Assembly (NCBI GenBank): GCA_949296475.1
Contig: CASFOK010000007.1
Span: 9,448 to 73,447 of the forward strand
DNA: 64,000 bases
Direction of reading: 5' to 3'
Origin: an uncultured Pseudomonadota bacterium
GTDB taxonomy: Bacteria > Pseudomonadota > Alphaproteobacteria > Rs-D84
This document shows, piece by piece, positions 17,628-27,200 of the stretch. The position numbers and the translations under genes were made by a program. Within the stretch, counting starts at the first letter, position 1. Each line of letters begins with the position of its first letter. The notes under the pieces are model-generated. The model did not search any database. It saw only the letters and a program-made list of their open reading frames with translations, and had not been told where the DNA came from.

Positions 17628-18380
17628 ATGAAAAAAACTAAACAAGAGAGAGAACAAATGACACTAAACAAAACACACTATATCATACTTATCGCACTTG
17701 GCATAACATTGGCAGGTTTTTTCCCGGGATATTTTTATTATTCATCACACATAAATAACAGAACGGTCACTGTAAAAGGCTTGGCAGAAAAAGATGTAAA
17801 AGCAGACTTGGCGTTTTGGAAAATAAAGTTTAAAACCACAGGCAATGATTTAAATGTTGCACAAAAGAAACTTGAATCAGACCTAAACCTGATTAAAAGT
17901 TTTTTAAGCGAACAGGGTTTTGCAGACACGGAAATTTCTGTTGAAAGAATAAACACAAACGATTTGATGACGGACCCGTATCGTTCATCGCAACCGATTG
18001 ATTCCAGATACATTCTTGACCAAACGATTACCGTACGTACGGACAAAGTTGATTTAGTAGAATCAACATTAAGCAAAATTAGTACACTGGTTTCCCAAGG
18101 GGTCATCTTTGATAACCAAAGTTATATGTCACCTGTATCGTACTTATTTACCGGGCTGAACGAAATAAAACCGGCAATGCTAGAAGAAGCAACACAAAAC
18201 GCAAAAATCGCTGCCCAACAATTTGCGGAAAGTTCTAACAGTAAGGTTGGCAATATTAAAACAGCGAACCAAGGTGTATTCTCTGTATTACCACGCGAAC
18301 AAATTCCTGGTACAAACGAAAGCGAACAAATAAACAAAACCGTTCGTGTGGTTTCTACAGTTGTGTATTATCTGAATTAA
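17628..18380 (+). CDS. SIMPL-domain (DUF541) protein
   Basis: N-terminal TM anchor. VTVKGLAEKDVKADLAFWKIKF... and the C-terminal ...KTVRVVSTVVYYL resemble the SIMPL/YggE family. Start trimmed to the ATG at 17628, because the longer ORF starts inside the repeat. Confidence 0.65.
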   Translation: MKKTKQEREQMTLNKTHYIILIALGITLAGFFPGYFYYSSHINNRTVTVKGLAEKDVKADLAFWKIKFKTTGNDLNVAQKKLESDLNLIKSFLSEQGFADTEISVERINTNDLMTDPYRSSQPIDSRYILDQTITVRTDKVDLVESTLSKISTLVSQGVIFDNQSYMSPVSYLFTGLNEIKPAMLEEATQNAKIAAQQFAESSNSKVGNIKTANQGVFSVLPREQIPGTNESEQINKTVRVVSTVVYYLN

Positions 18381-18406
18381 AAAATCGCCATCTTGGCGAT
18401 TTTTTA
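18379..18406 (+). terminator. Rho-independent terminator
   Basis: ATCGCCA/TGGCGAT stem (18384-18400) followed by T5. Confidence 0.7.
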
Positions 18407-18471
18407 TTTATTCTTTCCTATGGTTTTATTTTCCTTTTCTATCATAATATATTCATAAAAAGGAGAGAAGT

Positions 18472-19581
18472 ATGAATATAAAACCTTACTTTACGCCATT
18501 TTTATTGACTACGCTTGCGATTGTGCAATCTGCTGACGCCTGTACGGGAATCACACTGAAAGCGAAAGATGATTCTATGGTGGTTGCCAGAACCATTGAA
18601 TGGGGCGAATCAGAAATAGACAACCAATATGTAATCGTCCCAAGAAACCATCTGCAAAAATCCTTATTACCTGACGGTACAAACGAAGGGCTAGAATTTA
18701 CATCTGTATACGGTTTTGCCGGCTTATCTGTTGTTCAACCTGAATTTGTAGTAGACGGTACAAACGAAGCGGGATTGTCAGCCGGTTTATTTTACTTCCC
18801 AAACTATGGTGAATATCAAAAATTTAATCCGGAAAATAAATCTAACACAATCGCAGATTTACAAGTCGTTTCATGGATGCTTTCTAACTTTTCCACGATT
18901 GACCAAGTAAAAGCCGCGATAAATGACATACAAATTGTACAACTGGATCCCCGCGCGTCTACTGTGCATTGGCGAATAACAGACAGCACCGGTAAACAGG
19001 TTATATTGGAAATAATTAATGGCAAGCCGACTTTTTACGACAGCGAACTGGGTGTTTTAACAAATTCTCCGGGGTATGATTGGCAAATTAAAAATCTAAA
19101 TAATTATGTAAACCTTATTCCCGGGACGGCGGGTCCGATAAAGTTTGGCAACATAACATTATCTGCGTTTGGCGCCGGCAGCGGTTTATTGGGGTTGCCC
19201 GGTGATTTTACGCCTCCTTCACGATTCGTTAGGGCGGCATTCTTCCAAACATATTCTCTGCAACAAGCAACAGGATATGACGCGGTAACGGACGCTTTTC
19301 ATATATTGAATAATTTTGACGTGCCACTGGGTACAGAATTCCCTGTTGGCAAAGCGCCGGTTAACATGCCTTCTGCCACCCAATGGACGATTGCCACCGA
19401 TTTAAAAAGTAAGAAAATTTACTATCACACAATGTATAATCGTACAATTCGTTTAATAGATATGAACGCGATTGATTTTGCAACCGTAAAATATCAATAT
19501 TACCCATTGGACAAAACAAAGGCAGAAACGATAATACCAGTTGAAATATCGCAAGAAAAAACGAACGTAACAGAAAGTTAA
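18472..19581 (+). CDS. Secreted Ntn hydrolase, choloylglycine hydrolase / linear amide C-N hydrolase family
   Basis: The signal peptide ends ...SADA and is immediately followed by CTGITLKAKDDSMVVARTIEW, the N-terminal nucleophile Cys motif of the CBAH/penicillin V acylase family. Confidence 0.8.
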   Translation: MNIKPYFTPFLLTTLAIVQSADACTGITLKAKDDSMVVARTIEWGESEIDNQYVIVPRNHLQKSLLPDGTNEGLEFTSVYGFAGLSVVQPEFVVDGTNEAGLSAGLFYFPNYGEYQKFNPENKSNTIADLQVVSWMLSNFSTIDQVKAAINDIQIVQLDPRASTVHWRITDSTGKQVILEIINGKPTFYDSELGVLTNSPGYDWQIKNLNNYVNLIPGTAGPIKFGNITLSAFGAGSGLLGLPGDFTPPSRFVRAAFFQTYSLQQATGYDAVTDAFHILNNFDVPLGTEFPVGKAPVNMPSATQWTIATDLKSKKIYYHTMYNRTIRLIDMNAIDFATVKYQYYPLDKTKAETIIPVEISQEKTNVTES

Positions 19582-19585
19582 TACG

Positions 19586-19616
19586 GCCACCTGTAAAGGT
19601 GGCTTTATAATATTTT
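19586..19616 (+). terminator. Rho-independent terminator
   Basis: GCCACCT/AGGTGGC stem (19586-19603) followed by TTTATAATATTTT. Confidence 0.6.
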
Positions 19617-19684
19617 CCGACCTTATAATTTGCCTTTTGAAATCTTTAAGGTATAATTTCTTTTATACAAATAAGGAGCAAAAT

Positions 19685-20923
19685 ATGAAAATCAAACCTT
19701 TTGCCGGCGTTCGTCCACCAAAAGAAATCGCAGACCAAGTCGCTTCACGTCCATATGACGTACTAAACTCCATAGAAGCAAAAGCGGAAGCGGGTGAAAA
19801 ATCTCTGTTACATATAATCAAGCCAGAAATTGACTTTGACCCGATTGCCGACGAACATAGTCAACCTGTATACGACAAAGCGGTTGAAAATTTCAAATTA
19901 TGGCAAGAAAAGGGTTGGTTGGTCCAAGATCCAAAAGAAATGTACTACATATACGCGCAAACGATGGACGGCCGTACGCAATACGGTTTGGTTGCCGCCG
20001 CTAATGTAGAAGACTATATGACCGGGAAAATCAAAAAGCATGAATTGACACGTAAAGATAAAGAAGAAGATCGTATGATTCATGTCAGAATTCAGAACGC
20101 AAACATTGAACCTGTGTTCTTTGCATACCCAGACGTAGAAGAAATGAACAAAATCATTTCCGACTATGTCGCAAACCACGCACCAGAATATGATTTTGTT
20201 GCCCCAGACGGTTTTGGTCATACTTTTTGGAAAATAGATGACGATAAAATAATCAATCGTATAACAGAAATATTCAAAGAAATTCCTGCATTATATGTGG
20301 CGGACGGTCATCACAGAACCGCTGCGGCTGCGCTGGTTGGCGAAGAAAAACGTAAAGCAAATCCGAATCATACTGGCACCGAAGAATATAATTATTTCTT
20401 GGCGGTAATATTCCCAGAAAGCCAATTAAAAGTCATTGATTATAATCGCGTTGTCAAAGATTTAAACGGTTTAACCCCAGCGGAATTTCTGAACAAATTG
20501 TCCGAGTCTTTTGACGTTGAAGAAAAAGGCACAGAAATTTACAAACCAACCAAATTACATAACTTTGCAATGTACCTGGGTGGTAAATGGTATTCTTTGA
20601 CAGCGAAAGAAGGCACATATAACGACAACGACCCAATTGGTGTCTTGGACGTAACGGTTTTATCAAACTTGGTTTTTGACAAGATATTAAATCTGGGCGA
20701 TTTGCGCACCAGCAAACGAATTGATTTCGTTGGCGGCATTCGCGGTCTTGGCGAATTGCAAAAACGCGTAGATTCTGGTGAAATGGTTGTGGCATTTGCG
20801 CTGTATCCTGTAACCATGCGTCAAATTATTGATATTGCAGATACAGGTAATATCATGCCACCAAAGACAACTTGGTTTGAACCTAAATTACGTAGTGGTT
20901 TGGTTATACATAAATTGTCTTAA
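19685..20923 (+). CDS. DUF1015-family protein
   Basis: MKIKPFAGVRPPKEIADQVASRPYDVLNS... and LYVADGHHR are typical of DUF1015. Start at 19685, after an AAGGAG Shine-Dalgarno. Confidence 0.75.
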   Translation: MKIKPFAGVRPPKEIADQVASRPYDVLNSIEAKAEAGEKSLLHIIKPEIDFDPIADEHSQPVYDKAVENFKLWQEKGWLVQDPKEMYYIYAQTMDGRTQYGLVAAANVEDYMTGKIKKHELTRKDKEEDRMIHVRIQNANIEPVFFAYPDVEEMNKIISDYVANHAPEYDFVAPDGFGHTFWKIDDDKIINRITEIFKEIPALYVADGHHRTAAAALVGEEKRKANPNHTGTEEYNYFLAVIFPESQLKVIDYNRVVKDLNGLTPAEFLNKLSESFDVEEKGTEIYKPTKLHNFAMYLGGKWYSLTAKEGTYNDNDPIGVLDVTVLSNLVFDKILNLGDLRTSKRIDFVGGIRGLGELQKRVDSGEMVVAFALYPVTMRQIIDIADTGNIMPPKTTWFEPKLRSGLVIHKLS

Positions 20924-20953
20924 AAAAATCCGCCAAATTGGCGGATTTTTTTT
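20922..20953. terminator. Bidirectional rho-independent terminator
   Basis: A7 run, then AATCCGCCA/TGGCGGATT stem (20927-20947), then T8. It lies between convergent genes. Confidence 0.75.
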
Positions 20954-22364
20954 ATTTTGCAAAGAAACGATTAAAAACTTTTTCGTTTACTTTCACAGGA
21001 TATTCACGAATCAAAAATGCATTATAGTCATCCATAATTTCCAGCGCCGACATGTTCTGCATTTCTTTTTTCAAAGCAGCTTTTTGTGTCGCGTCTTGTT
21101 TTGGCGCTATTTCTTTTTCTATATGCAAAACATAAAAAGCATCACTGCCTGGGACAATAGAATTCGTACCAATCTCGGAATTAAACGCGGCGACCAAGAC
21201 ATCCGTTGGCGCGCCCTTAGTCCGAGATACTGTTGCCGTTTGTTTATCTTTTAGCGCTTCACCTTTATTCAGGTCAACCAAAACAGAATTTGCTTTCACA
21301 TAAGCCTGTTTTCTTTGTTCTTCGCGCTTCCAATCAGATACTAAACTTTGTTTAACAGAATCAAATTCAGCGTTATGTGACGGAATTACTTTGTCAACGC
21401 GAACAATCACAAATCCCTTTTTTGTTTCAATGATTTCGCTTTCCAACCCTTCGTCCATATTAAAGATGTTTGACATCATAGCGTCCGTCAATATTGCATC
21501 AACAGGTCTATGTTCAGCGTCAAAAGTTCCCAACGATATAAACTTTGCCTTGTTCTTGCTTGCTGCGGCAGACAACGAATCGCCGGCAATTATATCATCT
21601 TCCACCTTTATTGCTTTTTCATAACCTTCGTCATAACTGTCTGGCTTATCCATATCAGCAGACACCAAGACATAAGAAACAGTTCTTTTTTCCGGCACAA
21701 CATGTGGATTTTTAGCATAAAACTCTTTCAACTGATCATCGGTTGGATTATCAACGGTAAAATCACTAAATTTTACCGTGGAATAATCAATCTGACGCTG
21801 ACCGTATCTTGCGTCATATGCGGCCGTCACAACAAAATCTGGTATATTAACCGGCACAGACATTGCACCTAAAACATACGAACGCAAAATTTGACTGCGC
21901 AACACGTTTGCAAAGTCTTCTTCTGTATAGCCGGAATTCCTCAAAACCGAATCGAATAAATAAGTAGAAAAACGTCCGTTTAATTGAAATTCTGGGAAAT
22001 CACGAATTTCACTGGCGATTCGCGCATCAGTAACAACGAACCCCAAATCGTTTGCACGATTTTCTGCCATCGCCTGCGTAGTCAATGTACTAAGCACCTT
22101 GTCGTTTAACGCCTGCCCTGTTGCAGCATCTGCGTATACAGCCCTTTGCTGCTCGCGGGTCATACTGGCCATCTCACGCGATTTTTCTAAATTAAATTGT
22201 TGCATCGTAATTTCTTTATCGCCGACCTTGACCAAAGTATTGTCACCTGCAACACCGCCGAAAATCCATTCTGCGACCCCCCATCCAACGAACGAGAAAG
22301 TCAAAATACCTATCAAAATTTTTGCAACCGGTTTATCCGCTGCGTTACGTAAATATTCTAGCAT
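20952..22364 (-). CDS. PpiD-like periplasmic chaperone (SurA N-terminal-domain protein)
   Basis: The N-terminus MLEYLRNAADKPVAKILIGILTFSFVGWGVAEW is the typical PpiD membrane anchor. The gene is divergent from tpiA. Confidence 0.7.
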   Translation of the reverse strand: MLEYLRNAADKPVAKILIGILTFSFVGWGVAEWIFGGVAGDNTLVKVGDKEITMQQFNLEKSREMASMTREQQRAVYADAATGQALNDKVLSTLTTQAMAENRANDLGFVVTDARIASEIRDFPEFQLNGRFSTYLFDSVLRNSGYTEEDFANVLRSQILRSYVLGAMSVPVNIPDFVVTAAYDARYGQRQIDYSTVKFSDFTVDNPTDDQLKEFYAKNPHVVPEKRTVSYVLVSADMDKPDSYDEGYEKAIKVEDDIIAGDSLSAAASKNKAKFISLGTFDAEHRPVDAILTDAMMSNIFNMDEGLESEIIETKKGFVIVRVDKVIPSHNAEFDSVKQSLVSDWKREEQRKQAYVKANSVLVDLNKGEALKDKQTATVSRTKGAPTDVLVAAFNSEIGTNSIVPGSDAFYVLHIEKEIAPKQDATQKAALKKEMQNMSALEIMDDYNAFLIREYPVKVNEKVFNRFFAK

Positions 22365-22431
22365 TTAATCCCCTTTTGCGTTACCATAGCAAAACAAGAC
22401 TAATAAAATCAACGAAAAAGGTAAAAAATTC

Positions 22432-23133
22432 ATGAAAATCATAGCAGGAAATTGGAAAATGAACGGTTCTTGTACTCAGTTACAGGAAATGGACCAAGCG
22501 TTACAAGACTTACAAACACAAAACAAAGTGATTTTATGCGTTCCTTTTACAATGCTGTGTTTTAAGGTCAAAAATATAAGTCTTGGTGCCCAAGACGTCA
22601 GCACACATGATAAAGGTGCTTACACAGGCGAAGTGTCTGCCAAAATGATCGCCGACACAGGTGCCAGATATGTCATCGTCGGTCACAGCGAACGTCGCCA
22701 GTATCACCAAGAAACTAACGAAATCGTTCACCAAAAGGCGTTACAAGCAATAAGCGCCGGTCTAATTCCTATTATTTGCATTGGCGAAACCATGTCTGAA
22801 AAGCAAGCGGGACTGACAAGGCAAATAATACAATCGGGACTACAAGAATCCGTTCCCAGCGACGCATCACAAAAAATCATTATCGCATATGAGCCCAGAT
22901 GGGCGATTGGCGCCGGTATAACCCCGACACACGAAGAAATTACCCAAACACACAAACTGATTGCGGACACATTAAAAACAATGGGAATAGACGCACCGAT
23001 TTTATATGGTGCCAGTGTTAACGCCGGTAACGCGGCAGATATTATGAACTTACCAAATGTTGACGGTGTATTGGTCGGCGGCGCGTCCTTGAAAACGGAC
23101 GATTTCATACCTATAATAACAAGTATAAAATAA
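22432..23133 (+). CDS. tpiA: Triosephosphate isomerase
   Basis: IAGNWKMNGS, VIVGHSERRQYH, YEPRWAIGAG and GGASLK motifs. Confidence 0.93.
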   Translation: MKIIAGNWKMNGSCTQLQEMDQALQDLQTQNKVILCVPFTMLCFKVKNISLGAQDVSTHDKGAYTGEVSAKMIADTGARYVIVGHSERRQYHQETNEIVHQKALQAISAGLIPIICIGETMSEKQAGLTRQIIQSGLQESVPSDASQKIIIAYEPRWAIGAGITPTHEEITQTHKLIADTLKTMGIDAPILYGASVNAGNAADIMNLPNVDGVLVGGASLKTDDFIPIITSIK

Positions 23134-23187
23134 ATATATAGTTTTACCGGGGGTGAAATCCGCCGCCCCCAAACATAAAATAAGCGA

Positions 23188-23736
23188 GTGTATATCATGG
23201 AAGAAAAAGACGTAAAAATAGAAGAAGTATCAATAACAGAAAACGCAAATACACCAAATGGGCCGACATCAAACAAAAAAACAGAAACCGACACGACAGA
23301 GATAGAAACACTAAATAACCAACTTGCCGAACTGCAAGATAAATATTTGCGTCTGGCGGCGGAACTAGAAAACACGCGTAGGCGTGCCGCAATTGATGCG
23401 GAATCAAGCGCAAAAAACCGTGCAATGTCTGTTGCACAAAAATTCTTGCCAGTTATGGACGCAATACAATCAGCATTAAATCATAACCCAAACGATGAGG
23501 GAATAAAGTCAATGGCGTTGGCAATGGAAAACGCCTTTGCACAAATAGGAATTACAAAGATTGAATCGGTTGGTCAAACACTTAATCCGAAACTGCATAA
23601 TGCAATACAAGTTATAGAGTCACCAAATAATGCCAACAAAAAAACACAACCGAATACGATTGTTGAAGAAATGCAAACGGGATATATGTTTGGTGATACC
23701 GTATTACGAACCGCTATGGTTGTTGTCAGTAAATAA
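23188..23736 (+). CDS. grpE: Nucleotide exchange factor GrpE
   Basis: LAELQDKYLRLAAELENTRRR coiled coil and the C-terminal GYMFGDTVLRTAMVVVSK beta domain. The start may be the ATG at 23197. Confidence 0.9.
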   Translation: MYIMEEKDVKIEEVSITENANTPNGPTSNKKTETDTTEIETLNNQLAELQDKYLRLAAELENTRRRAAIDAESSAKNRAMSVAQKFLPVMDAIQSALNHNPNDEGIKSMALAMENAFAQIGITKIESVGQTLNPKLHNAIQVIESPNNANKKTQPNTIVEEMQTGYMFGDTVLRTAMVVVSK

Positions 23737-23761
23737 AAAATCGCCATTTTGGCGATTTTTA
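23735..23761. terminator. Bidirectional rho-independent terminator
   Basis: AATCGCCA/TGGCGATT stem (23739-23757) flanked by A and T runs. The hairpin is near-identical to the one at 18384-18400. Confidence 0.7.
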
Positions 23762-24178
23762 TCTGCTTTTACTTAACTGTTTATTAAAAAAATCTTCTGT
23801 ACTTAGAACGTTGTTATTTATTTTCTTGATAAAATCTATACATTCGGGTTTTGTATCAACATCTTTTACCAAAACACGTAAAACCGTTCTTTTAACCATA
23901 AAGAAATTACTTTTATGAACTTTTGGATGTAAACCGTTACGCTTCATTAATAATTTTGCCCGCTCTATATCATTGACATCTAATGGACGATAATAATAAT
24001 ACAATTTACCGTTTGATGCACGAATCTTAGAGATTTTTTCAGCGCTTAACGCCCATAATTCTTTCGCGTCTTGATCTACATTAATTTCAACATCTTGCGC
24101 GTCTTTCTTAGACGATTCCAAAAAATTTTTTATTATTTGCACATTTTTATATAATTTCATACTACATATCCTCTTCAA
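23759..24178 (-). CDS. Hypothetical basic protein
   Basis: 139-aa ORF with no signal peptide and no recognisable motif. It is bounded by terminators on both sides. Confidence 0.45.
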   Translation of the reverse strand: MKRICSMKLYKNVQIIKNFLESSKKDAQDVEINVDQDAKELWALSAEKISKIRASNGKLYYYYRPLDVNDIERAKLLMKRNGLHPKVHKSNFFMVKRTVLRVLVKDVDTKPECIDFIKKINNNVLSTEDFFNKQLSKSR

Positions 24179-24234
24179 GGATTCTATATTGTAACTATAA
24201 ATTTTGCCTTGTCAACACACGTTTAGATAAACAA

Positions 24235-24277
24235 ATTTTTTTGTAAATAATACCCATAATAATCATATGGGTATTAT
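24235..24277 (-). terminator. Terminator after the ankyrin autotransporter-like gene
   Basis: 12-bp stem ATAATACCCATA/TATGGGTATTAT (24247-24277), 20 nt after the stop. A T/A-rich tail follows on the minus strand. Confidence 0.5.
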
Positions 24278-24297
24278 GCGCCGGACAAAATTTAGTA

Positions 24298-27200
24298 TTA
24301 TATGCCTAACCTATGTGTCATTTTCAGCATAAATATGGATTCGTTACCGAAATAATCTGTATTATTGGGATTTATGCGATATATAAAACCTATTGCCCCG
24401 TCGGTCCAAGGTCCGAAGTTATGACGATACGCGGCAGACAAACGGACTTCGCGATGTTCCGGCGATAAATCAACATCTTTTACATAAGCATCGTTTACAA
24501 CCAAGTCATATTTTCCGTCCGCTGTTTCAACGATACCGTAATCGGCATACGCATATTGCAAAGTACCGCGATTGACCGCCAACGGTTGTGAAACCGAGAA
24601 ACTAAAATTATCAGTATCCATCCCGAAAGCAAAAGCATTAGAATATATATCAGACAAACCTAATATAAAATCGCCGCTTGCATCAGACGTAGTATACGCA
24701 AATGTTGAACGCAATTTAAACTTTATGTTTTCCCAAGGCTCATAACGCAGTTCTGTGTCAACATAAGTTGTATTCCCCTGCCCTATGTTTAACAAGCCCC
24801 CCGTCAAAGCACCCAATAAAGTATCTGTTTCATGCGCGGTACCAACCGCAGATGTGAACCCAAACTTTTCACTGTTCCAAGAAATGTCAGACTGTGCACC
24901 TTGCATCAACCCCAACCTTGCGGGCATATATTGCGACGATACAGTCGGATCTGTATCTAACATTTCTTCATCTGTGATATCACCGGAAAAAGCGCGTGCC
25001 CCAAATGTCCATTTGCCCAAAGTATACGCAACATCAGAAACCAGCGCATTTGACATCATATTTAATACAGGATTAGACAAGCCATCAAATCTTGATGCAC
25101 CGTCTGTAAAATGCCTTTGAAATCCGGCTGATAAATTCCAATTATCTGCTGCATAATCCAATTGCATATTATCTAAACCGTTTAAATTATCTGCGTACGG
25201 CTTTTCTGACATAGACATAGAGAAACCAAAGTCACCGAATTGCACTTTATTCGCTGTTGCGTTCCGCGTTTTCAATTCGCCTAATACATCCCCCATATAA
25301 AGTCCGCGTTTATCTTGTACCCCCAGCGCAAACTCATTTTTCCAAATACGAGGCAAAGACAATTCACCGTCAAAACTTTCTAACCTGTCAAAGAAAGGTG
25401 CACTTATTGTAGCGACTCTGGGATTAAATGCCGACGACGACCTAAATATAGTATTACTTGCCGCACGCCAATACGCGTTACCAGACGCGGACACGATATC
25501 TGTACCATTATAATAATATACAGCATGCCCAGGCGTCGTTGCCCTTTCAAGATTTATCAAACCGTAACCAAAAACCTCTTTGAACACATCCAGATAGTTT
25601 TCACCGCCATTTTGCCAACGATATTCGTATTCATTCGGCATCTGATACATACTTTGTAAATAAGCTATCAAACTGGATTCCGAAAAAGTATTTCCGCTGG
25701 AATCCGTCCCCAGATAAGCACCGTCAGCAGTCAAAGCCATCAAAGCAAACAATTGTTGGTTTGTCATATCTGGGAATGCAGACTTCAAAGCCCCAGATGC
25801 GCCCGCGGCACTGGCAACCGCCAATTCATCGGTTACGCCGACAGACGCAAAACACCACGGGTCAATACCATTGGCACCGTTACCAGAAATACCACATACG
25901 CGTGCCTTAAAGTATGTATCATCGTCTGTTGTATCTGGGGTATTGTTTGTATTTTGCCACTGTGAAACTATGTACTTATGTTGTGGCGTATACCCACTGA
26001 CACTTTCGGTACCGTTGGTTCCCGTACCGCTTTGGATGACCGCAACAACAGACATAAATAAATGTTCCAGATTATCAAATACAAGCGGTGCCGAGTTTTC
26101 AAAAGAAGCCGTTAAAGTCTTGCCCGACCAAGTACTATCTGTTTCAAACGCCCCCGTTGAAAATATAACCAAAGGAGTATACGAAGACCCTAAATTATTA
26201 AAAAATGTCGTCGCATTTGCCCCTGGTAACGCATCTGTTTGACTGTCACCGTCCGTTGTGTTTTGGTTATAATAGTCGTTTACAAACGACGCGAATCCTG
26301 TTTGCATGGCATTATTCGCACTGCCAAAGGCCAAAACGTCGTCAATTGTTGCGGATGTTACTTGATGTAACGGTGATATTACAGACGCATTTGCCAGTAT
26401 AAAAGGAGTAGAACGACCACCCGCTAAATCCCCCGACGTAATACGACTTGCCGCATCTAATAAAGCCTTATAATTATAATAATCCAAAGTTTCTGCTTCT
26501 TGCTTTACCAGCGTTAAATTATTATTAGACATTTGATAAGCCTGATTTACGCTGCCCCCAGATGTACTTGGCAGATACAGCAAACCGTCCGCCCCAATAT
26601 ATCCCGTGTACGTAGAATCAGAATCAGACGCCACAATTGTATTTCCCGTTCTTGTCACTGTTAAAGTCTGGTCAAATAAATTCAATGTATCACCAGTTGC
26701 AAGGCTTGCACCGGCCATAGTATAAGTCCCGGTTGCAGATTGCCCTGTAACAGTAACCAATCCCTGCCCCCCGCCAGTTCTGTATATCAACATCTGACCG
26801 TTTGGCATAAACCCCATAAAGTCCGCAGAACTATAACCCGCGTCGTTACCGCCAACGACCTTGGCCAACAAATTATCATCTGATGTTGCGGACGTATTAT
26901 TTACAGCCGTACCAAAACCAGATAAATCAAAATTATTTACCAGCGTTCCATCTTCTGACGTTGTAGCGTTTGTAACTTGGTTATCTTCAGAAGACCCCAA
27001 TGTTATCACATTATTATAATATTTACTTGATAACATACTAACTTCTGCGGGTGCGGGCGTAGCACCATTCATATCCGTCCACGCAATCAACTTATCATCC
27101 AAAGAATTAACCCCCGCAGTAGATTCCCCGGCAGGTTTAGACGCAGCGTTTATGCCGTTTGTAGTAATTAACGCAACTGTTACCGGTCGTCCACCACCAA

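Noticed and set aside
23134-23187. GC-rich hairpin (GGGGGTG...CGCCCCC) after tpiA as a terminator
   Set aside because: The stem has a mismatch and no T-run follows it. grpE starts 30 nt or so later, so read-through or co-transcription is equally plausible. I did not call it.
22728-23375. 215-aa minus-strand ORF spanning tpiA and grpE
   Set aside because: It is antisense to two well-supported conserved genes and crosses their intergenic region, with no motifs. I consider it spurious.
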